Of a DNA stretch of 64,000 nucleotides, positions 50,427 through 62,235 are shown in pieces. This DNA is from Harriotta raleighana (Eukaryota), in NCBI GenBank assembly GCA_050575255.1, contig JBNZDD010013577.1, forward strand, positions 1,155,696 through 1,219,695. The letters run 5' to 3'. The position numbers and the translations under genes are program-made. The notes under the pieces were generated by a model, which searched no databases, was not told where the DNA came from, and saw nothing but the letters and a program-made list of their open reading frames with translations. Numbering within the stretch: position 1 is the first letter of the stretch; each line of letters begins with the position of its first letter.

Positions 50427-50931
50427 CTAATTTATACAGAATACACACCCTGTTGTCGTCCCATCACAAGACAAACTTTATTTGAAAAATGCATCCACTA
50501 TTGTAGCTTTCAACCACACTTCATGACAATCTGATACTAAACGTTGTTCCACCCTCTGAGACCCAATGTCCAATATTAATATCACAACAATAATAATTTG
50601 ATATTGCATCTTTATATTTCATTGTTAAGATGTGGAGTCCCATAAATCAGTGGTTAGACCACTACAAGCATGAGATCTGTGTTCGAATCCAGGCAGGTCA
50701 GGGCGAAACCTTGGGCAAGTTTCCTTACTCTACATGCCTAATAATAATCCCTCCCAAAAAAAACTTTTGGTCATTTCAATCTACGACTGTTTGTGGGCCA
50801 CTGCTGTGCACAATTGGCTCTTTCGCCCACAAATATACAGTTAATTCACGTTACGGTATATTCTGTGAAGGGCTTTGAGACATCTAGAAGATGTGAAAAG
50901 TGCTATATCAAATGCAAGGATTATTATTATA
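50427..50931 (+). mobile_element. Family A SINE with ~207-bp 5' extension (copy 2)
   Basis: 50427-50633 is homologous to 33430-33609; SINE proper 50634-50931. Confidence 0.85.
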
Positions 50932-51118
50932 ATCAGTTCCAGGGTTAATTACCATCTAGGTAAATAAACACTCCCTGGTGTCTGTCCTTAAATTGCCCAT
51001 TGCAATACTAAACATGTGTCCTCTTCTACACCCTTGGTGCATCTAAAAGTATTGTTCTGAGTTCCCACAAATTGCTACGAGAAACCTTATCTGGAGAATC
51101 GTTGGACAGAGCACCATC

Positions 51119-51935
51119 ACAACAGCAACAACAACTCACACTTATATAGTGCCTCCATGCAGGCTAGTGTCTCAGAGTGGCTCTCTGAGCCAGAGAGGTG
51201 GTGGGGAGGTGGCTGTAAGCTTGGTCGAAGAGAAAGGTTTCATGCGGGACTTGAAAAAGGGGAGACAGGGGTCAAGCTAGAAGGATTGAGGGAGAATGTT
51301 CCAGAGTTTTGGGGCCTGGTGAGTGAAAGCGCGACCTCTGAAGGTAGGAGGAGGGTATGAGGGATGAGCAGGAGCTCGGTGCCAGTTAAGTGGAGGTGCT
51401 GGTTGGTGGATTTGGGAGTGGGGAGGTTGGAGAGGTAGGGAGGTGCCAGGGAATGGATTTGAATTCATGTGTGAGGATCTGCAGGATCTTGAAGTCTATC
51501 CGTTCGAGTAAACTGATGGGGAACCAGTGGAGCCTGGCCAGAACTGGTGAAATATTGATATGGAATTGGTCTGGGTCAGTATGCTGCAGTAGAGTTCTGA
51601 ATGAGCTGGATCTTTTGGAGCTGGAAAAACCAGCAAGGATTACTTTTGAGTAATCCAAGTGGGAGGTGACAAACACATGTACAAGTTTTTCAGATGTATT
51701 TGGGGTAAGGTATGATCGGAGGCTGGCAATGTGGTGGAGATGGAAGAAGGTGGGCCTGGTCAGAGGTGGTGGGGAAGGACAGCTGGGGATCAAACCAGAC
51801 GCCTAGATTGGGTACTAGTTTGGTGAGTCTGATGGAGAGCGCAGGGAGGTTGAATAGTTTGGATCTATAGGAGTGAAGGCATTGATGGGGGCCAAGGAGT
51901 ATGGCTTCTGTCTTGTCAATATTCAGCTGCAGGAT
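51119..51935 (-). mobile_element. L2 3' fragment
   Basis: FFHLHHIASLRSYLTPNTSEKLVHVFVTSHLDYS; ISPVLARLHWFPI; (AAC)n tail. Confidence 0.9.
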
Positions 51936-51942
51936 GCTTTTA

Positions 51943-52351
51943 CAGTAAAACCCCGTTTATCCGGCACTCACGGGATCTGGCCAGTGGCGCTTAAACAGTT
52001 TTCCGATTTAATGTTTTTAAAAAAAAATATTTTAACACATACCATATTAATAAAAGACTAAATAATAAAAGAATATTCTATTAATACTTTATTATTTATA
52101 CTGAACTTCGCAATCGCGGCCTGAATGCCACGCAGGAAAAAAAAACGGCAGCAGCAGCGACTTTTAAAAGAAGCAGGTGCGAGTTTAGACTAGACGAGCG
52201 GCCAGCCAAGTACTTACACCAGTATTCGTGTGTGACAATCAATTCATTAAATGCTTCATCACTATGCTGCTGAATCTGGACTTTTTTTTTTGAGGTTCCG
52301 GTTCAACGGGTTTTCCGGTTCATCGAGTCAGGAATAAACAGGGTTTTACTG
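51943..52351. mobile_element. Tigger/pogo-like MITE with TA target duplication, same family as 17224-17565
   Basis: TA-cagtaaaaccccgtttatccgg ... aataaacagggttttactg-TA; AT-rich internal segment matches the 17.4-kb copy in reverse. Confidence 0.88.
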
Positions 52352-52554
52352 TATTTACATTGGAAACCACAGAAACAACAGCACTTTTCATGTTGGATAA
52401 ATGTCTCGAGGGGATTCACAAGTTTGAAGAGGATTACTGAATTATTTTAATGAAGAACTGAGGGGAGTTTGATGGTGTTGACCAAACGAATAGTCAGAGA
52501 TAAGATTTTGATGGAATTTGCAAGCAGCGACAAGGCGAAAACTGAAGAGATTTG

Positions 52555-52885
52555 GAGATCAGTGGTATTGACAGGGTATTTTGGAAGCAGCTATTTCCAC
52601 TGGTAGGGGAATCAGTGACTAGGGCCCGTTGTTATAAGATAATCAGAAGAAGATCAGAGGAGAAGTTTAGGGGATTTTTTCACTCAGACAAAGAGTTGTG
52701 GAATGCCCTGCCAAGTAAAGCAGAGATCTTTGTGGGTTTCAAGAGGGAAGTAAACAAGTATATGAAGGAAAGAGGCTTGACAGTGTATGGGGATAAGGCA
52801 GGATAGTAGGATTGAATGAACACTTCACTTTGCTCAGAGAACTCGACACGTCAAATGGTCTCCTCTGCATTTCAAATTTCTATAT
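52555..52885 (+). mobile_element. CR1 3' fragment
   Basis: GIDRVFWKQLFPLVGESVTR...LWNALP...FKREVNKYM. Confidence 0.8.
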
Positions 52886-54103
52886 TATAATGTGAAATAG
52901 TTGGGGGCTTAACTACCAATGTTTGAATGGCGGTAATGAGAAATGAGTTATGGACTGGAGTAGAATAAATGGAGTGCCTAGTAAAGAGAGATTTGAGCTG
53001 TAGGAGAATGCAAAAGTTGGAAGTATAAAGATGGTAAAGGGATTCCAATGTCAGATGAGGTGTTTAAAGTTGATCAGTTGAAGTACTGGGTGGCAATGGA
53101 GTTTGGCAAAGGAGAGGGTAATATCTGTGTGGACTTTAGAATGGGAGAACACCTGGACTGCACCTGGATGGGTTGGAGGTTATGGATTTTTGAGCCAGAA
53201 ATTCCAGCAAGGAGAACATTGAAGAATTCTCACCTTGAGGCGATGAAAAGTGCAGGAATGTTTTGTTCTGATGGGGTGCTGGGGGGGGGAGATAGGAATG
53301 TGAACAGACATCCTGTCAGAGATGGAACAAGATGACATCAGTTGATGTTCAGTCGAAGGAAATTAGGGATCACTCAGGACTTGATGCAAAATGTTATTCT
53401 TAGCAAAATGACAAAGGGCTGGAATTAAATCTATCTTTATAAATAACAGAACAGGATGTAAATACTGTACTCGTTTTTTGCTGTCTTAATATTTTGGCAG
53501 CACACGCTCCACTCAAAATGTATTTATTTCACAAAATCACTGAGCGGAGATGTAACATTTCAATTGCTAGTTTGAATAATTGATGCAAAATGTGTGTTTT
53601 AACTCTTACTGGCCCTCAATAACTGGATGGGAATCCTATGTAACTCAATAACCCATTTATTTTTTGTAACTTTGGAATTAGAAGGATAATACATATATTA
53701 TTTTTGTGTTTGTAAAAGTTTATTTTACATATTCATGGCAGGAATCCAGGCAGCAAGGATTATAACAAGATGAGATCTGATGTAGTATAAATGGATTTGC
53801 TGCTTCTACAGGTGGGAATAATTTTGGGCTTGAGTAGAAAGATTTTTAATTAGCAGAAAAAGCAAAAGACAGTGAATGTTTTAAGGTGGAACAGAAGGAG
53901 GGAGGCTGGAGGTAAAGGGAGAATTGTTTACTGGATAACTCAACTATTTCATATATTCTTGTGAAACGGCATGATTGAGTCTTTTTTTGAACACTGTGAA
54001 AATGCAAGAAGGAGAAATCATTGTGAGGGTTGGTGCATTTTGGATCTCAGGAGGAATAAGGTCAGATTTAAGTGAGCATGGACCAAACATGAAGTCATGG
54101 GAG

Positions 54104-54505
54104 CAACAAAACAACAACAAAATTACACTTGTATAGCACTTTTCACATCGGGAGGATGTCCCAAAGCGCTGAACAGTCAGGTCAGGACCCGAGTGGGGGG
54201 GAGCGGGGGGAGAGGGGTAGTGGGAAGGGGAAGGAGAGTGGGAGTTGGGGAAGAGTCAGGTGGGGAGCTGAAGGCGTGCTCAAGGAGGAAGGTCTTGAGA
54301 CCGGCCTTGAATCAGGAAAAGGAGGAAGCAAGGCGAGGGACTGCAGGATGGAGTTCTATAGTGTGGGCGCAGAGAGGCTGAAAGCCCGGCCACCAATGGT
54401 TGGGCGGTTAGGGCGGCAGACGTGGAGAAGGCCTGAGTCTGCTGAACGGAGGGTGCGGGCAGGTTGATAGGGAGACAGCAGGTCAGAGAGAGATAGTGGC
54501 CTTGA
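54104..54505 (-). mobile_element. L2 3' end (young)
   Basis: LSDLLSPYQPARTLRSADSGLL..NRPTIGGRAFSLSAPTL; (AAC)n tail. Confidence 0.93.
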
Positions 54506-56889
54506 AATGACAACAAAACAAAGGTAGGATGTCATGGAGTTCAAGACTGTTGCACTTGGTCAGCCAAAAGAAGCTGAGGGAAGCACAGGCAGCAGGAAGA
54601 TATCCATCTGTACAGTCTGGGCCACAGGACATGTTGGAAGTAATCTTGCAAAAGCACCAAATTAGAACTGTTTCAACCATTTGCAACTCTATGCACAACT
54701 GAAAAAGAGAAGATGCAGCAAACAAGTGCTTTTTCTTCATGCAAAATAACAGACCAAATTGCTGCCAGGCACGCAGCACGCTTCATGTTACAGAAGCCAC
54801 ACATCACTGAATCTGCTTTGAGTGCACATCTTTTCTGCTTGAAATGCATTTCAGGGCTTGGCAATTCCATTCTCTTTGTACATGGTAATGGCTAGAGACA
54901 AGCGAGTCAAAGAAACGGCCAATCCAACTTTGTATCTTGAAAGAAAATGGGCTCTATTTCAATTGCACCCTTAACTAAATGCGAGTTGCCCATTCCCCAA
55001 TAATGTACTTTAAAGTCTGTAAACCTAGCTGGTGCTTCTATCCAGTAACCCATGGCCCTTCAGGTGACGATAATGATGGCAGACGTGGAAGCAATGGAAG
55101 TCAGGAAAGATACACACCACAGCTCTCAAAACATGTCAGCTGGTTGGTTGCAACCTCAACCTTAGGCAAAAAGGTTGTGGATTCAATTCCTAAACTGGGA
55201 CTTGAGCTCACAGTCTAATTCAGTACTAGAGGACGACTGAATTGTTAGATGTACAAAGTTAAACTGAGGTTCTATCTGTCTGTTCAGGTGGACATTAAAA
55301 ATCCTGTGACACTATTAATTTGATATAGCACCTTTCATGTTGGATGGAAGTCTCAAAGCACTTTGTGGTTTTACCGTAAACTGTAGTGCAGTGGCTGAGT
55401 ATCCTGTAAGCCAACAATTCTTTCAGATCCAAAACACCAAATACTGCAAATGTTTCAATACTTTCAGATCAGTTGATCATTCACCTCACGGTTTTTGAAA
55501 GATGGAAATCAAACTTCCTCCTTTTAAAAGTATAGAGTAATGGCCTGGGCTGGGCTTTGGCTGTGATCACTGGATATTCATCAGAGAGCAAGCCTTTGGG
55601 AAAAAATTAACCGTCCCAGCAATCTCGACAAACAACATCTTTATTTGCTACCACACCCTTTTTGAGTTATTTCTCCAAATTGAAAGAAATGTTAGAAAAG
55701 GACAATTATAAATGGCTTTTATCCACCAAGTTGTGCTAGAACTTGTAACATCTTGACCTGCCAACAAGAAGCAATTGTTTCAATTTCCCAGAAATACATT
55801 TAAGAGCTGGAATTTCTTTTATTGTACCTGATTGGTTTCAATTTGAATATTGAATCAGATGACCAGATTTTCATCCACCTCCTGGTCAGTTAAGTTGTTG
55901 CAGGCAATAAATCAAAGTGATTGTCAGGAAGTAATGTACGGGAATGCAATGGGGGCTAAATTACATTACCAAAATTATGTTTGCAGGTCTCTCTATAAAG
56001 AAAATGATGGATGGGGTGGAATGAAAGTGACAGAAGTTCTGTAAAACAAAGAATTAGTTGTATGAGACCTTGGGTTAAATTAGGCAATAAATTGACATTG
56101 TGATAAAGTGTGTCTGTGGAATGTCGTGACACCCAAAAGCATAGTATTCAACCCAAAACTTTAGGCGGAGGGTAAAAAAAAACTCAGCACTTTTACAGGA
56201 ATCATTCCTCAACAGAGCAGCTGGCTTGTAGCTTGTGATTCTTAATACACCCAAGCAAGCACTCAGGATTTCAGGGCCTCATTATACTATTTTTATTTTT
56301 GCGGAGATGACCCTAACCTAATTTGTAGACGGGCACAGGCACAAACTCACAGGCACAAACTGAAAGGCGAGTGCCAGCATCCTCGGTGCTCCTGTTTGTA
56401 ATTACCATTGGCTGTGCTGAGCGCCTGGGAGGGTGTGTGCCAACCAGGTTGAGGGTGGGCTGGTACGATTTTGTGCCTTGGGCAAAAGTCTTCGCTGAAT
56501 CCCCGCTGAGGTACTTTTGTAACACTTTTTTCCCCCCTTGTGCGCATTGGTGGTCTTCAGGAGTTGTATCACAAATGCATTCTTCCTGAAATAAATCGAG
56601 TTGGATTTTCGAGCCCTGAAGGGACAAGCAGCCTGGAAATGAAATGCATATTAAAATGAAAACATATTAAATCTTTTAAATTCAGAAAAATAAAACCCGG
56701 GGGGGGTGGGGGTTAGAAATTTATCTCTCAATGATCTCCCTGCAGCCGTTCCTCTGTGATGTGCACTGCAATAGGTAGAGGCTGGGGACGCTCGAGCATT
56801 TACATCTCATTTTGAATGCGGCCTTTGTGAGACTGAGCCCACAGCTCATATAGTGACAGATTACTAGTGCTCGCTAGGTTGGAATAAAA

Positions 56890-57225
56890 TAATAATAATG
56901 CTTGGAGTTTATATAGCGCCTGTAACGCAGAAACATCCTAAATCACTCCACAGGTAATTGCTGTCAGTAAGTGTAGTGACTGGTTGTAGTTGAAAACACA
57001 GCAATCAACTTTATGCACAGCAAAGTCCCACAAACAGTCATGAAGTGAATGTCTACTTAATCCGGAGGAGTCTTAATCAGGACACTGGACGAAACTTCCC
57101 TTCTCAAATAGTTTGGGGTGATGTTGATCATTTTCCTGAACAGGTAACAAGACCTGAGTATAACATCTGATATGAAGAACAGTAGCTTGGACAATGCAGG
57201 ACTTCACTGGAGTGTCAGTCTGGAA
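56890..57225 (-). mobile_element. Old Deu-type SINE (family B)
   Basis: tttatatagcgcc tail, gcacagcaaagtcccacaaacagtcatgaag, cactggagtgtcagtct. Confidence 0.75.
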
Positions 57226-57232
57226 TAGATGT

Positions 57233-57822
57233 ACAACAACAACAACAAAATTATACGTGAGCAGCGCCTTTCACTTCAGGAGGACGTCACAAGGCACTGG
57301 ACAGTCATTGTTTCAGATCTGAGCTGGGGACAGGGCGGGAAAGGGAGGGATTTGGTGTGGCCAATGGGGGCGTCGAACAGGAGGGTCTTATGGCGGGACT
57401 TGAAGGAGGCCAGGGAGTGGGCGAGGAGGAGGGAGTGCGGAATGGAGTTCCAGACGTTGGGGGCGGAATGGCTGAAGGATCGCCCACCAATGGTGGTGTG
57501 GGTAGGTCGGGGGATATGGAGCAGGCCGGAGTCTGCTGAGCGGAGGGGACAGGCAGGTTGTAGAGGGTTAGGAGGTCATGGTTGAAGGTTGGGGCGAGAC
57601 CATGGAGGGCATTGAATGTGAGGTTTGGGATCTTGAATTGGATCCTGGATGATGGGGAGCCAATGGAGTCGAGCGAGAATGGAAGAGATGGAGTCACGAA
57701 GCATGGAGCGATGGAGGACACTGGACACAGAATTCTGGATTATCTACAACCTGTGGAGAGAGAAATTGGGGAGGCCGACAATCAGTCGTTTGCATAGACA
57801 AGCTGGGATATAATGAAGGCAT
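57233..57822 (-). mobile_element. L2 3' fragment
   Basis: RIQFKIPNLTFNALHGLAP; (AAC)n tail. Confidence 0.9.
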
Positions 57823-57876
57823 TATTTCAAGTCCTCATTTGTGGGTTGAATCTGCAATGTTCTGACCAGAGTTGCT

Positions 57877-58205
57877 AATAATAATAATAATAATAATAAT
57901 CCTTCCATTTGATATACTTTATTCCTTTTCACAAGTTATCGACGTCTCAAAGCGCTTCATAGAATGTACTGTAAAGTGAATTGACTGTATATTTGTGGGT
58001 GAAACATGGCAGCCAATTGCGCACAGCAGCGTGCCACAAACGATTGTGGATTGAAATGACCAATTTTTATTATTGTATTTTTTTGGAGGGATTTTTATTA
58101 GATATGTGGAGTAAGGAAACTTGCCCAAGGTGTTGCCTAGATCTGCCTGGATTCGAACACAGGTCTCACGCTTGTAAGGCGAGTGCTCTAATCACTGAGC
58201 TACAG
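57877..58205 (-). mobile_element. Near full-length family A SINE
   Basis: (AAT)n tail, body and tRNA head in reverse. Confidence 0.93.
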
Positions 58206-59304
58206 ATGCTAACTGAGGTAAGTTGACACCAATTTACATCGCAGCATCTCCAAGCACAGAATTTGGTCAAGCCTAAGATGTCTTGGTCTATATTCCGCAA
58301 TTATTCATTGTCTTATTGAAAGATATTTGTATCCAGTCTGTACAGTTTGTTTGAACAAAGTTAACATATCGGGGATCAATCTTAATTTGATTGTGGATTG
58401 GAAAATAGATTGTTATTTTTGGCGATCAGAGCTTCAGTGTCATAAAATTAGTTATATATAAAATGCTGAAAACTCTGGCGTATTTTCAAGGTTGATTGGA
58501 ATCATGGATCTCAGTGTTGTCTGAACACTGCCCTGCCCATACCTAACTCTGTGACCTGCGAATGCCCTATAAACCGAGGGTGCGATATAAATGCAAGTTG
58601 TTGTTATTTTTGAATGCCATGGCAGAATTAAACCTACATACAAATACTATTTGAGGGAAACTATCACTTTAGTCTGGTTGTAAATTTGAGAGAAATGAAT
58701 GCAGGGAATAGAAGACCATTGCCCCAGAATTGACGTTTGACATGCTTTATTCTCTCACCAAATATGAATAAACCCAGCGGCGCCAGGACTTTGAATCAGA
58801 CAGAGAGAAATCCATTTCCTTGAATTTTTACATTCAGTTAAAGGATTTGATTAGTGATCTGTCTGCACTGCCTGTAAGTTGGTCCTAATTGCATCTTTTA
58901 CTCTCTAGTACTCCTTAAAACCCCAGACATGAAAATGCTTAAAGTGCCTTTACACAAATTCCTTATCAGTAACACAACCAGGGAAATTCTAATTACATTA
59001 TTGTACTGTTGGCATATGTCTTCATTTGAGCCTGTATCAGGTACATTTTCTAGGTTTGCTCATCCTCTCACCAGTGAGTGTGAAGTGAATTTAATAGCTC
59101 TTGGATTATTCTGAAAAGGACGCTAGTTAAATAACAGTTTTGGAGGTGAACGGCCTCTGTTTTGTTGTGCAATTGGCTATTTATTTTACCAAGTGTCAAA
59201 ATATTTGAAATGAACAACAATCCATGAATTTGATATAATGTCTTATCACATCATTGAATCATTTCAAGGCACTTTATAGGATAGTCTAGGCTGACACTCT
59301 AGTG

Positions 59305-59521
59305 CAGCGGTTTCCAAACTGTGGGGCACGCCTCCCTTGGGGGTCGCGTACTGTTGGCTGGGGGGGGCGCAGAGCTTTAGAGTGTCGAGCCCCCGAGAGC
59401 ATGTGGAGCCGAGGAGGAGCCAAGGATCTGAGTATGCGGAGCCGAGTGTAAAGGTGGGGGCGGGGGGGGGAGCGTTGCTAAGTTAGGAGGGGACGCCACT
59501 ATTGGAGTTTGGAAGCCACTG
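59305..59521. mobile_element. hAT (Charlie-like) MITE inserted in an old family B SINE (about 59283-59800)
   Basis: TIRs cagcggtttccaaact / agtttggaagccactg (14/16); left flank ctctagtg, right flank ctcta (partial 8-bp TSD resembling the NTCTAGAN target preference). Confidence 0.85.
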
Positions 59522-60130
59522 CTCTACAAGTGCTGGGCTATAGCTGCATTTTTGGAGGTGTCATGCTTCACATGAGACATTAAAATGAAGCCCCATTTGG
59601 TAAACATTCCAGAGCACTATTCTACAAAAGGAGCTTCTCCTTGGTTTTGTGGTCATTTGGTCATTTACTTCATGGCTGTGGGATGTTGCTCTGTGCAAAT
59701 TGGTTGCCATGTTGGCCTAGAAATACACAGTCACCCCACAGCAAAATCTTGTGAATTGCTTTTAGATGTCTAACTGATATAAGTGCATTATCAAATAGTT
59801 TATTATTACAGTATTATTAAAAACTTGAAGACCTCAAATCTGAATTGCAATTGTGTGGAACATGTGTGTTAGAATCAGTCAGCCGCCTTTCTAAGTGACA
59901 TATGAATGTTAATCACATGTGTTGGGTAGAAACAGCCCAGCCTGTGTAGATGATTAATGCAGTGTGCCCTTTCCTTTAAGTCTTCTGTTCATTTATGTGG
60001 TAATAATGGTGTATGTTCTCATGTTTTTCATCGAAGCTAATCCAAGCTCCGAGTGTCCCAAAGGACACTGTGAAGCCAGCATAAATGATGCAGTTCGATG
60101 TTATGGTTGACTGCAGACTTACCTTTGCAG

Positions 60131-60203
60131 GTTCATTGTAAAGATGTGCCACTCACCCCGATCCGTGTCCCATTCACCCCAGGCGCAGACTTGAGTATAC
60201 TAG
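60131..60203 (+). CDS. Candidate internal exon, unidentified gene (VHCKDVPLTPIRVPFTPGADLSIL)
   Basis: Acceptor cttacctttgcag, donor TAG/gtgact, only one open frame, phase 0 to 1; no homology recognised. Confidence 0.25.
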
Positions 60204-61443
60204 GTGACTTGTACTCTATTAGCATGCTTCACTCCTAGGAACTAGTAACATTGTCTGTGGTCTTCAGGGAGCATTTGGTGTTTGTATGCTTGCCCTTGGC
60301 GTGGCATCTTGTGATTTCATGCCTTTTCTATCCAAACTTACTCTTCACCACAGCAGTCACTGGTTGCAAATTCCTTCCACGTGCCTCATGCCTCTTCAGC
60401 CTTGTTTTTGGTTCTAAACATTCACAAGCTTTCTCAGCGTCCGGACTAGTGTTGACCAATCTTGATGTTCAGCCAACAAAATACACTTTCTTGTTTGAAT
60501 ATTTCTTGATTTGTGGCATAAATCAAGAAATATTCAATCAAGAAAAATACCCAGATCGGACATGCACTTATCTGGACTCGTGCAATTGTTCAGGGAGGCA
60601 CTTTTTGACAATCCATTGGTCACTTCTGGTTGGCCACCACTGATCTAGACAGTCTCCTTATCCCTTTTAAAAAGAAAAATTTAAACAAAAAAATGGTCAC
60701 TCAATCCACAACTGTTTGTGGGACACTGCTGAATGCATTTGGCTGCCATGTTCTGCCCACAAAATATACAGTCAATCTACTTTACAGTATATTCAGTGAA
60801 ATGCTTTGAGATGTTGTTGCTGAAACTTGAAGAGATTTGAGATGCAGCAAACCAATATATTTTCAGAAAATCTGCCTTTGTATTAAAGAAAGGGACGAGA
60901 CAAAAATAAATTATATAGCACCTCGACTACTTGAGCACAAAGTTACATTCAGCTGTGTTTTTTTAGCTCTGGGTAATTAATTGCTGAAATTCTTTGAACC
61001 ATAACAGTGATTGGGGGAAGTCTCAGTAGAGCTCAATGCTATTCATACAAGAACATCTCCAGCAGCAGGGTCACTGGATAGCGATCAGGAACAAAACCCC
61101 AACAGATTTCCAGTCTCCCCGCCCCTCTCATGGTGTTAACGCTCTGCCTCGCGCAGAACAACATTGCAATTTTCCTTTTTTATTTCCACAGAAACGCTCT
61201 AACCCTACGCACCTTATGCAATGGAAAGAAAAATACGTCCACACATTGCTTGTGATTGTAATCTTATCCTGCTAATGCAATCTGCCAAAGACTTCTCCAA
61301 GTGGATAAAAGTTCACACCCGCACAGCTGGATTAGAAAACAATTTGTATAAAAGTGTTTCTTTTGAGAAAGGAGTACATCTCAGCCTTCCGAAATGGCTG
61401 CTGACTGATGAAGATGACGCTAACCTTTGCCCTTGACACACAG

Positions 61444-61484
61444 CGGGCCTCCTGGTGATCAACAGGGGGCAGTGCTGCCCACAG
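61444..61484 (+). CDS. Candidate internal exon, unidentified gene (AGLLVINRGQCCPQ)
   Basis: Branch-like gctaac, pyrimidine tract, cacag acceptor, CAG/gttagt donor; phase-compatible with 60131-60203; overlaps a CTCF-like motif. Confidence 0.28.
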
Positions 61485-62148
61485 GTTAGTAAGTGGTCAC
61501 CCTCTCCTCTTACAGATAGAGACATTGGACGGATTTCTAGCTTTCGCATTGAGATACATACATGCAGAGATCAATAGATAAGCCATTGCTGGTTAGACCG
61601 ATCGATGCTTTGCAAAATCTATAAATGGTGCAATGCATGTTGCGATTTTTGATACTGTCACTATCTTAAAGGAAATCTCTGAATCACCTGCGTTTTGAGG
61701 GAATTCTGACAATTGGAAATACAGAATCACATGTTTCTTTACTGTGGATAATTCTGTGCCACTAGTCTCCGTCCGCTCAGCGTTTTGTAGATTTTCCTTT
61801 GAAATCTTTTTAAGGACTGTGAAAAATTTTGACAATTGGATTTGATGTTAAATTTTCAGATGGAATGGGCTTGCGTTTATCGGCCAAGACAAGGCTTCTG
61901 ATCTGCAGCGCATTTCCCTTTAAAGGTATTTTGTGTTCATTCACAACTATCTTATTCTCCTCTGCTGAAACGTCTGAATCATCTTCAGGTGCTGGCTACT
62001 CTCCAATCCCAGTTATCCTGCAATTTTCACAAATATTTCATGATGAAAATTGCAGCAAATCACAGCAGTTGCAAAGAAGGAGGCGGTATTTAATTTAGAC
62101 TGGCCAAAAGTTAACTGGCACTCCTGTTTATTGCCAAGCCACAGAAAT

Positions 62149-62235
62149 ACAGTGCTCCTCATGTAATGCACACTGCTACAGTGCTCCCTGTCTAACCCAC
62201 ACTGTTCCAGTGCTCTCTGTGTCATCCATACTGTT
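62149..62235. repeat. Three diverged 29-bp tandem units
   Basis: acagtgctcctcatgtaatgcacactgct / acagtgctccctgtctaacccacactgtt / ccagtgctctctgtgtcatccatactgtt. Confidence 0.75.

Noticed and set aside
54545-54700. Minus-strand exon after strong acceptor tcttctctttttcag
   Set aside because: No convincing donor; frame runs into an L2; peptide unrecognised.
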